Source: Hydrolagus affinis | Lineage: Eukaryota | Direction of reading: 5' to 3' | Length of the DNA: 64,000 nt | NCBI GenBank assembly: GCA_012026655.1 | Contig: JAAILG010000654.1 | Location: 1-64,000, forward strand | Shown here: piece after piece, positions 53,101-64,000 of the stretch | How the letters are laid out: each line of letters opens with the position of its first letter | How positions within the stretch are numbered: position 1 is the first letter of the stretch | Program-made: the position numbers and the translations under genes | Notes under the pieces: model-generated | The model's input: the letters and a program-made list of their open reading frames with translations, nothing else | What the model was told of the DNA's origin: nothing | Databases searched by the model: none

Positions 53101-56100
53101 CCCCACCGTCCATTATGACCAGCCAACGCACACACACACATACACAGCAGACCCATCCTCCACATGTGCAAATGAAAACAGCGCCCTGCAAATAAAAGGC
53201 AAAGCGATAAGATGTATTTAGGAATAGTATTAGCAGGCAACAAGAAGCGAATAATTGATGGAAGCCAGAATCCTTCATTACAGATTCATGAGGCGCTCAC
53301 TGAAGTCTTAGGCAGATAAGAGAGAAGCTGAAGTCTATCCTCGGGCCTTGCTCCCTCTGTACTAAAGCAATTTCAAACAAGCTTATTTCCCCAAGTGATA
53401 AAAAGGAAGAGTTTGGATATGGAAGAATAGCAAGAGAACAGAATACATCTCCCAGATGCTCTATATTCATTTATTGCTAATACAGGGGCCTTTGGAGCGA
53501 TTGCAGGTTTGGAACTAGCTTGAAATGGAATCAATGAAGAATATTAAATGTACACACAGCAGGGATGGTTGCGGACGGATTGCTTAGGAATCTTGAAAGG
53601 AGTAAACCGGTACGTCATTCGATTGAGCAGAATTAAAAGATTCCAGGAGTTGTCACCTTCAAAACGTAGGCCGGTCCCTTTCAGTTTCAGGCTGGAGAGA
53701 CTGGAAACAATTTGCGTCTGCGGGAGAGCTCGGCATACCTCGGGAAGCAAGGGGCAAGGAGGAGATGATTTGATGTTAATCCTGTCAAAGTGGGGTCGGC
53801 GCATTACATTTACAGCACGCCTGTCAAACACCGGATCAAATGCCGCAGTTGAAGTTGTCAGTAACAAGACATAGCGGCAGCAGATCTGTCAGAATCCGAG
53901 CCGGAGAGTGGACGGTCCCCACAGAGCGTAAACTAAGCCGCAGAAAGGCTCAGAAAGCTAAAGTATGTCGTTTCAGCTTTGACAGGCGTGCCATTAAATG
54001 AATATGCTGTTCCCTGGTGTCACCATTGACTTAGCGGCCTTCGTTTTATTACATTTAGTGTTAGCTATGGACAACTATTCATAACCTAGTTACTAGATGG
54101 AAAAAATTCTACCAGAGTGTCCAGGATTTGACAAATTGTTGAATTGATTCACAACTGTTTAGGAGGCATTGCTTGCGCAATCAGCTGCCGGGTTTTGCCC
54201 ACAAACTATAGTCAATCCATTTTACAATATATTCTGTGAAGCATTTTAAGGCATCTTGAAGATGTGATAAGGCGCTATATCAAATTAAAGGATTATTATT
54301 ATTATCATGATAATTATTATTATAGACTTGCACATGAAGAATGAACACTTGCACAGGTATTGGGGTAGTAATAAGGCACTATATCAAATGGAGGGATTAT
54401 TATTATCCCCGAGGTCAAGTTTTATATAGTTCTTAAAATATATTTACAGGAAAATAGATTAAAGATTAGGACTACATTTGTTCAATTCCACCCATTCTAA
54501 AATGCTCCATAAATAGGGTAAATCTAGGTCCAAATGGAATTTCTGCTGCAGCCTTCTCTCACAGATGTCTGCAATAGCTATAAAACTGTCAGTTCTAATA
54601 ATACTTGCATTTGATATAGCAGAGACAGAGGAACATAGGTGTCTAAAAGCGCTTCACAGAATATATTGTAAAATGAATTGACTGCATATTTTGTGGACAA
54701 AACGTGCTGATGCTATAAATTAGTTTGAACAGGGTTGGCTTTTCAGGCAGTGGTAAGTGAAGGGTTACAAAGAGAAGCTTATTTTATCTCCAGTCTCACG
54801 GTCAAACAATACTTAGTTATGTCCTTGAAATAGAGTTCAGAGATCACAACAGACATTGGGATGAAGAAGACCCTTTGGCCCATTTAATCTCAACCAGAAT
54901 GAATACCAACGGTATTGTCTTCGCCCATTAAACAGTCTCATAAGCGAGCCCTGTGTCCTGGCATCAAACACCCTCTGTGATTATCAAACCCAGCTCTCGA
55001 TTCCCCTCTGGTTGAGAATGTACTTCCTTGTACATTCTGCTCTTGCTTGAACGTAATTCATTCAAGACAATATTTTTCGAAGCAGTGAATTCTAAATGAT
55101 CTGATTGCTTTTCAAGGCACCAGGGATCAGCTTTGTTGTTCCCCTCTTCACTGCCTCCAAGGTCTGGACGAGCCTCCTTAGGTCACGTTGACCAGAACTG
55201 TCCGCAGGTGCAGAGCATAAAAGAGCTTCAGAATAAGTTTGGGGTGACTACACTCCTGAAATCCCACCAAGTCTTAACCTCAATGACAATTTCCCTGTGA
55301 AATATTTAGATTTTCAGTTTCTACAGTATTTTTTTTTAAAAAGCAGCAGGTTTTCAAGTCAGGAATCAATTAGTGAGAAATTCCTATGATCCTGCACCAT
55401 CTTAAATCTCACGACAAAATAGTATTTTAGGCTGCATCTGGGTGGCATTCGAGGCCTTATATCAATGTGAACCCGGAGATTAATCATTGGGGAATCCTGT
55501 GGCACAGAACACACAAGGTTCATGTGTTCTCTTCTGTCATCGGATGTTCTTTTAGTTTAAAGCCAGTGACAGGTATTGAGAGGGACCACACAAACCAATC
55601 ATCAACCAGAGGCAATGAACAGATATGTAGCACTGATTAGGCTGCTTCGCACAAGGCCAGCTGGTGAACCGGCCCAGGCGTGGAACAATGATGCAATTTA
55701 TTCACAAAGTAGTATTCTGAATACCGTACGAGGCTGGCCTCTCTCTCTCTCTCTGTCTGTCGCATAATAAAGAATAATCCTCATTTAAAGCGAGCCTGCT
55801 GGAAAGTGACCTTTCCTGCTGCTCGTGGATAAAATCAAATCATCCTGACTTTTGCTCACATCAACTCTTCCCTGCTATTTCGCCCAAATTTGCGTTCAGA
55901 GGCACTTCAGTCTGGAATGCTGGGGCTGCTGCCTTCAATCACAAGACCATAGGAGATGTTGAGATCAAAATGGTCCTTTGGACGATTTGATTTTGTCAAC
56001 AAGCAGTAAAGATAGGCTCCCAGGTCTCCAACAACGTCACCGTGCAGTCAGATACCAAGTCCAACAGAGAATAGTTACACTTCCACAGTTCAGGAAGCAG

Positions 56101-56606
56101 CTCAAGGATATCCTCACAACTACAGCAGCTGTTGTCAAGCTGAACTCGATCCAACTCCATGCCTCTCCTGTTGTCAATGATGTCCCAACTTGGTCAAAGG
56201 CCACACAACATATAGGGAGCCATCTTAAGCATGGCAAAAGGCCATTTTGCCATTCGTTCTGGGGTGCGAATTGTCCCTGTGTACTCAATTCTGAGTCAAC
56301 ATCTACAGCAAAGTTTTTGTCTTCGTTCTCCTGGGAGACGTCCTAATGTAGGGAACCAGTCCGCCTCATTAGAATTCTTGAACCTCAACTAATCACACTG
56401 TAATGTGCCTGTTAAGTGCTCTGAGATGCTATTCTGCATTAAGGGCTGTATGAAAATGAAAGTTATTGTTGTTGTTGCCCGGTGGACAGCAAGCCTCAGT
56501 CAACCAGCACCTCTGTTCTTCCTCATAAATCCCACCAACTCTCCACTAATGTCAGAATCTGTGGATAGGATTAGACTGCTTGAGATATAAGCTTGGCTAC
56601 TGCTTG

Positions 56607-56899
56607 GAGTCCTGTAGCTCAATGGTTAAAACCCTCGCCCTGCAAGCAAGAGACCTGGGTTTGATTTCCAGCAGGGCAAAACCTTGGGCAGGTTTCCTTA
56701 CTCCACACACCCGATAATAATCCCTCAACAAAAAGAAATAAACTTGGTCACTTCAATCCATGATTGTTTGTGGGACACTGCTGTGCTCGAATGGCTATTC
56801 ACAAATATAGTCAATTCACTTTACAGTGTATTCTGTGGAGCGCTTTGAGACGTCTAGAGGACGTGAAAAGCGCTATATCAAATGCAAGGAGTATTATTG
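56607..56899 (+). mobile_element. tRNA-derived SINE with Deu-like body and L2-type tail, short form, full length
   Basis: A-box tagctcaatggt, B-box-like ggtttgatttc, body gtttgtgggacactgctgtg, tail agcgctttgagacgtc...aaagcgctatatcaaatgcaagga(tta)n. Confidence 0.88.
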
Positions 56900-58599
56900 T
56901 CTGTCTGTCTGCCGTCTATCCATCAGTAAAGCTGAGGCCAATTCCAGTACCCCAAATCTGTTACATTGCTGTAGTCTTATTACATTTGTGCACTGCATGA
57001 AACTGTTTGAACCTGCAACTTTCCAACTTGTATGGTTTAACAGGACACCAGGTGGTGCCTATACTGATGAGGCCATCAGGAGACCCCAAAACAAGAGATC
57101 TGAGCAAGAAAGAAAATGCCTGAGCAAGATGTTTGCAACATATGTGGATGGTTAGAGCGATGTTTTATGGAACTTTTAAAGTGATCACATCTGGTGTGGA
57201 GAACAGGAGAGCAGTGCTCCCATACGATGCAGAAGCAGCCACTTATCTTCAGATGCTTAAGCTCCCACCACTCGCTCCCCTGGCCTTGTACAGGCAGCGT
57301 ACACACACACACACACACACACAAACATCAAGGGGAATGAAAGCATGTAAACCACCAAACTGCTGATAATAAGAAGGAAACCATAAAAAAAAGTAAATAT
57401 GTAGGGTTTTTTTTTAGCAATTGGAACAAAATAGATTCAGTCAGGTAAGTATCAATCGTCTGTTTGAAATAATAATCCTTCTGTTTGACGTAGCAAATAC
57501 TTATTGGAAATTGCCTCTCAGGATTTATTGAAGTGTAGTGGCTGTGTATTTTGAGCACAAAGGTGGTTTGCTCATAGCTAAGCTCATAGATGACGCACAA
57601 TTTACATGCATGAGAGAGGTGCTTCATAACTCAAAGAAAGGTTGAAGCTCCATCTGAAATAATCTTTCAAGCAGAAACTGTCACTTTCTAATCGCTGAAA
57701 AAAAATCCTCTTCACTTTACGCATTTTATAGTGGGACTTCCCACTGCAAACAGGTAACAGATGTATTGCTATTATTGGCATTCACCGAGTGTTAGACCTG
57801 ATTGTCTGAGCCCCTTGAATTGCAGCATTGCTCATATGACTCATGGAGAGACTGCAGCGTGCTGACATTTACTTCTCCCTCCGTCTCTCCCTCTCTCTCT
57901 CTCTCTCACTCTCTCCTCCCCCTCACACCAAGCCTCACTTCTTGCTGTACTGTTCCTGCGGTAAGCTGCTATATCCAGCAATGACTCAAAGAGAGCCCGC
58001 ATTGCTTTTACAGTTCCTCAGTTCTTTGGCAGCAAGGCAGGGACCGCTGCCTGCGCTGTTGGCAGCTCCCTCACTGTGATGTGATGTCTCAGACGGAAAA
58101 ATGTTTTTCTTTATATAAAAAAAAGTTAGCAGCTCGTCTCCAACTGAATGGCAGCAGAGGAGAAGGTGCTACAACGCAGCGGGAAGAAACGCTGTGAGGC
58201 ACATAGGTGGAAGAGATCTGCAAAGTTACTGGTGGTTGCCAGGGGAGTTGTCACATACAAACAGTGGACACTCGGGCAGGTGACTTGTTGGTGCTTTTGG
58301 AACTGAATGGCAACAAAGCACTAGGACAGGAAATTGGCAACAATAAACCATAGGTTTTATGGGTCTTCCTGATTTTAGAAACATATTTTAAAAACATACG
58401 GCCAACGTGAAGCATTGGAAAAACACTGGAAACTATAAATAAGCAACATATTCACCCCACATATAAATAGTACCCGCAACAACCATTACTTTGTGGCTCA
58501 GGGGATGAATACGCCATGTAGTTTGATGAGGAACCTTTCAGACCAGCAAAGAGTCAGCTCCATCCTTGTTTGGACTGAACCACCCAATTGCTTCAGTTC

Positions 58600-58900
58600 G
58601 GCGTCTCAGAGCGCTTCACAATAGCGTATCCCGGGACTGAGCCAGGGGCAGAGGCAGAAAGGTGACCAAAGGCGCGGTTGAAGAGAAAGGTCTTCAGCTG
58701 GGACCTGACACTGAGAAAAGAGGGGGCAAGACGAACGTAGTGAGGAAGGGAATTCCAGAGCCTCGGGGCATAGTGACTGAAGGCCCAGCCGCCGAGGGTG
58801 GAGCGGAGGATTCGGGGGACATGGAGGAGGCCAGATCCAGAAGAGCGAAGGCAACGGGAGTTGGTTTGAGGAAAGAGGAGGTCAGAGAGGTAGGGGCGGT
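58600..58900 (-). mobile_element. L2 LINE 3' fragment
   Basis: ggtcttcagctgggacctga...aattccagagcctcggggcatagtgactgaaggcc, typical L2 3' sequence in reverse. Confidence 0.8.
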
Positions 58901-59884
58901 ATAATCATAGTGTCCTGGCCAATGATCCCCCAAATACAATTGGTCATTCACTTCATGGTCGCTTGTGGAACATTGCTGTCTAAATTGACTACCACCATCA
59001 CCCACAAAACACAACAGTCACTGTACTTCACAGTACAGTTTTACCTGTAGTAATTTGGGACATCCTTCTGGACATGAAATATGCTGAACCAAATATAAGG
59101 AATATTATTGTTATTAACTCCTTCAATGTGTATGTGTCTAGTCAAGTAATTTTCCATTTACTCAGCATCCACCATCTAGGCTCTCACGTGAATAATGATG
59201 AGGTTCAGAGGAACATCCATGAAACCACACCAGGCAGTGAGTTACCTGGCTCAGGAGAAGAATGGAGAGAATTTGGACAGGGGAAATGTAGTCCTTGAAT
59301 ATCAAATGCAAGCATTATTATCAATTATACAAAAAGCTGTTTTTGCAGAACTTTTTCAATTCTAACGAGTTTCCCAAGAGGATTATATCCAGGGAGTGGG
59401 CAGTAGTGTTTATTTCAGAAATGCACCTTCCAGATAAACGCATACCTGATCCGAGCCCTGAAGTCCAATGTAACAAATCACTTCCATTCTCTCACACCTC
59501 ACACTGCACTGATCTCAGTGATGCACTGACGCTGTAGATGTTGCCCCCTGAGTTAGGCATGAAGGTTACTCAGTTATACATCTTTCATAGTTCCGCATAT
59601 AGAAAATAAAATCTAGTACAGTACATGTATGTTAGCATTTTTGCACGCAACTATATCAAACATCACACGGCTATACCAGACACCGTGGAGCTGTATCATG
59701 CACAGCGCATATCACACAGCCTTAATCACACAATAGATGGTTTGCAATTTAGATTCAGTTGCACCAGGGGCGAATAAATTGACTGGAATCCAAAGTGATC
59801 ATTCATTTAGCAAGTAGGAAAGAATACCTCACCCTTATGTAACATTAAAAGGAGCACAAATAGTCATGTATTGAGAGCCCACAT

Positions 59885-60080
59885 ATTTTTGAGGGGGCTG
59901 GGGTAGGGATTAATTACCCCTGGAAAGTGATCCGCCAATCATCTAACAACCTAGTTCCTACTTACTACTGGAGTCATGACATACTCACAAACTTCCCTAA
60001 GGTTTCGCCTTGCCCAGGAATCAAACTCAGGTCCTCTCACCTGCGAGGCAAGCATGCTAAGCACTACCCTACAGGAATCT
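59885..60080 (-). mobile_element. tRNA/Deu SINE, long form, 5' half
   Basis: gtgatccgccaatca...gttcctacttactactgg...ggaatcaaactcaggtcctctc...ctacaggaa. Confidence 0.75.
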
Positions 60081-60629
60081 CGAGTGTTAGGCCACTGTGT
60101 GGATCTGAGCGTATGGTGGCTCCACTGTTTAAGCAAGTTCCACTGGTTCTTGGTTCGCATCAACTTCCACTGAATCCCCCAGGACTCGAGCGGGAACTCA
60201 AAGCAAACATCCAGCACATGCATCAATTGCACATCATCAAAGCCCCATTGATTGTGGTTGCAGGAAGTCCAGTTTCCTGCTTTGTGGCACAAAGGCATCC
60301 ATGTCTAAATCAACCGGCCACAGTAAACAATTAAAGCAGCAGTAACATTCTTCAGTGTTGCCCCTTCCCCAGTGAACCCAGAGATACAGTGCATGGAGAA
60401 CTGGAAGATTATGGAAAGGGTTACTCATTGTGTGCGTTAGGGGTCTCTCTGACTGTAGGTCACTTAAAACCCCATGTTGTCGGCCTCCATGCTGATATGA
60501 TATTTCACATTACTTCATGTAAAATCAAAAGAAACAGAGAAGCCACAACTCACTACAGTTCTCACTGTGCTGACATGGGTCAGACCTGGATCCTGACATG
60601 GGCTTTATGTCCAGAGGAATAGAAAACAA

Positions 60630-60890
60630 AAACAAGAAGTAATGTTAAATCTGTATTACGTAATACTTTGGTTATAGCATGTTTCGAATGCTATGTGCAA
60701 ATCTGGTCACCATACCACAAGGAGGATATTGTGGTAATGGATACAGTACTATATGACATACATTTATTAGGATGTTACCAGGGATGAGAGGATACAATTA
60801 ACAGAAACAGTTTAGGGTCATTTGGGCTGGACGTGAGACAATTGAGAGGAGAATCTGACAGAAGTGTTTACAATTATGAATGGGTTCCAA
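60630..60890 (+). mobile_element. CR1 LINE ORF2 relic
   Basis: Degenerate ECYVQIWSPYHKEDI...RQLRG. Confidence 0.7.
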
Positions 60891-62074
60891 AAGGACAAAG
60901 GGGGGGGCCGACTTTCGCACAGCAACGCCCCACAAACTGCCGTGCGGTGAACGACGAATTTTATTTGGGAGGAGTTGGCCGGCACCCTAGGATTTTCCGT
61001 TTACTTGAACAGGACCTTTGTATTAACCTCTCATCCAAGGATGGTCCCTCGGTCCCATTTATTGTGGCAGAAAATGCTGAGAGATTGCATTGCAGTTCAC
61101 TTGGAGATTTTCCCTGTGCTGACTGTCGAGAAACCCAATTTACCACAAGCAGTAATGTGAACACAGCGAGCTGCGATTGGCAGCTCAATGATTTGACACA
61201 ATGCATAGCAGCTAATACCAGGGGACTCCGTCCTCCAGTACATTTCGGTTTAAAGCTGTAAAAGATACTCGCCTGTTGGCCTGTTTCCATGCTGTATAGT
61301 CGATGTGATTGTACGTACGTAACTCTCAATCCCTTGCAGTGGTTTCATTTCAGGTGTCGTTGTATGAAGGTGGTTAGATAGTGATACATGTCATACGTCC
61401 GCCATGTGAGGCGAGCACTTCCCTGCCAAAGAAATACCCACCTCTGCCACTAAACTGTACCAACCAAATGCAACAAAACATATATGGCCCTTGTTGTAAC
61501 CTGAATTAAAGTTGGGTAACTTGCATTACTTCTCAACTCATGAAAGGGCCTCAATCTTTTATGAGTTGAAAACAAACACATTTATATTGTAAAGCAACAC
61601 GAGACAAACGAGTGTGGAGACACGGCATATTAAGGCCCCTGTAAATTGCTCCAGATTGACGTATTACGGACGCCTTGTCCGTATTACGGACACCATCTCG
61701 TCAGTTAGGAGTTGCTGAGTGGAGGCCGGGCTGAAGGAATATTACAGTTGGTCCGTCTCAGGCTGTTTTTGCACATTTCACAGTTGTGTTGTCATGAAAA
61801 AAGCACATATGCCTAGCTTTGTCTCCTCACAATGCTTTGAGACACCAAACCTAATTAAACAGAGGCAAAGGAGCCATCTACTGACGGCTCAACAAGTTTA
61901 ATCAATGCATAGCTGAGTCTTAAAAACCAATGTGTACCAGGATCAATTCCTCGTCTCGGCTGAGTTTTAGCTCATGCCATCATTGAGGTATTGGGATACT
62001 ATCATTGGTACGACGTTATCCTACATGAAGTGTTATGTAAATGAATGGTGTAGTACAATGCAATTTATATCATA

Positions 62075-62415
62075 ACAATAATCCTTGCATTTGATATGGC
62101 ACCTTATCACATCTTCGAGATGTCGCAAAGCACTTCGCATAACGTACGGTAAAGTTAATTGGCTGCATATTTGCGGGCAAAATGTGCCAGCCAATTTCCT
62201 ATGGCAGTGTCCCAGAAACAGTCATGGATTCGGTGAACAATTTTTTTAAAGGAATTATTACCCCCAGAAAAGCGATCCGCCAATCGAGTAACAATCTGGT
62301 TCCTACTTACTGCTAGGTATATGGAGGCGTGTGGAGTAAGGAAACTTTCCCAACATTTCACCCTGCCGGCAATTGAAACCAGGTTTCTGCTCTAATCCCC
62401 GAGCTACAGGACTCC
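62075..62415 (-). mobile_element. tRNA/Deu SINE, long form
   Basis: Head, extra segment ggttcctacttactgctaggta, Deu-like body and tail. Confidence 0.87.
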
Positions 62416-64000
62416 ATATAGTGGCATTCACATTGGGAGGTTGTCTCAAAGCTCTTCACATGGTTGGCTTGGAACCTGAACCCGGGAGAAAAATAATGAA
62501 ACTTGTAATTAAAGAGAAAATGAGACTTTGAAAATGGGAGATGGTGGGGAGGGGGGGGGTTCGGGAGGGTGTCATGAACCAGAGATAGTCCAGAATGTAA
62601 ATTTGTTGTTCAGTGCTCCCAGGTTAGAAAGAAGAAAGTCTGATGAGCCCTGCTCCAAAGTATACCTATGGGAGTATTGAGTGAACTGATCGGCTGTGAT
62701 ACCTTCCCTGCTGACACTCAAGAATGTATCCTCACTCAATAAATAGGATGAATTGAATCACAGGTACTGGAGGGAGGGAGTGCCCAGGAACTGTAGTCCA
62801 GAAAGCCTTCAGGAGACAATCAGGAGAAATAAACTGCATCCTTAAAGTTCATGATTCAGCAAAAGCAGCATCTGCTAGTGTGTACTTACCCTGGCAGGCA
62901 GCACAGGAAATTGAGTGGAAATTTGGGAACATGCTGTTCCTAACTTTTCCAGAAACTGAAAATGCAGCAATAATGCCTCTTTAATCAGCTCATCCTCAGC
63001 CGTTCCAGCAATGATCAGTGCATTGCAAACTCTCACCCACAAACATTCACAGGGAGAATCTTCAAATGTGCCCAAGGGATGTGGGAGCAAATCTGGCTAT
63101 GACATTCGTTTGTAGTTTTCATCCAGACACACCCTCGTCAGGGCTGCGGCCATTCACACACTGGCACTGGGTACACACGATGTGAATGCCGTGTTAATGG
63201 CTAGATATTCAAACTGAAGGATTGTTAAAGATGCACTTTAATAAAAGAATGGGGTTTTGTTAAAAAAAAAGCAAGGTTTGAAATTGCCCTTGTAATTTAA
63301 GGACATAAACCCAGGCTTTGGTGCGTGCAAATGAAGCACAAGGTTGTTCTGAACAGCTCCAGCAGCTCAGCGTCACGCATTGTGCAGCCATGAACACAGA
63401 AATATTCCAAATTCATTTCTGAATGGAGATGGACCGACTCCAACTCTCAGTACATTTTATTATCTGTTGGCTCGAGCTGCCACTTCACGGGTTCCCACCA
63501 CTTCAAGGTCTCTTTGTCTCACTGCTGGTCTCAACCAATGATGTCATTCTTCAGAGCTATCGCTACAGTCATTCATTGCTTAGAGTCGCGATGGGTGTAG
63601 TCTTGTACCAACATTCACAGCAGTGGCAACCCACAGGCCATATGTTTGTCTGCTCATCAGTTGCACTATACAGCCTAGATGCTTAAGACGACCAATTTAT
63701 CTCATCTACCTGGGATTACTGCACAGATGTAAGGATGCGGATCTCTCCTCCTCTGCCTCACGCTGGGGTAGAAGATTCTTAATGTCCTCTGTGTGGACTT
63801 TCTTCCTGTGTGGAGGACAGGGATCAGGGGATGTGTAGCAGGCCTGTGTTAGCCAAATTAAGGGAATGGGGAAAGGAGTGCAGTACAAACAGACACCCAG
63901 GATTACGAAAAATCAGATTCTGTATGAAATTCATTCAGTTTGAAAACAGGTTGCTCTTAATCTGCCTAACTAATGCACAGGAGACTATGGTGGGGCATTG

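Noticed and set aside
55978-56346. 122-aa ORF and similar 100-140 aa ORFs (e.g. 2595-2984, 21032-21397, 59927-60334, 60833-61261)
   Set aside because: No recognisable domains, mostly non-ATG starts, often overlapping repeats, and lengths expected by chance.

Overview
This is eukaryotic (vertebrate) genomic DNA, most likely from a cartilaginous fish and possibly a holocephalan; that assignment is inferred from the repeat families. The window holds the 5' part of BCAR1 (p130Cas) on the minus strand. A micro first coding exon (MMNYL, 30630-30644) splices in phase 0 across a ~13.4 kb intron to a 729-nt exon (16522-17250). That exon encodes the SH3 domain, a Q-rich linker and an expanded tandem YQVP array. 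I found no exon 3, so intron 2 is probably longer than 16.5 kb. The rest is intronic or upstream DNA dense in retroposon relics: CR1 and L2 LINE 3' ends, a young tRNA/Deu-type SINE in long and short forms, older SacSINE1-like and AmnSINE2-like SINEs, and a Penelope-type tail with a decayed hammerhead core. Several small DNA-transposon MITEs are present, three with recognisable target-site duplications. One ~550-bp three-copy repeat I cannot classify. Nearly all short ORFs in the track are spurious. I see no prokaryote-style novel system. The best leads are candidate in-frame cassette exons at the BCAR1 N-terminus, the YQVP expansion, the unclassified repeat and the MITEs. Repeat boundaries were placed by eye and are approximate.
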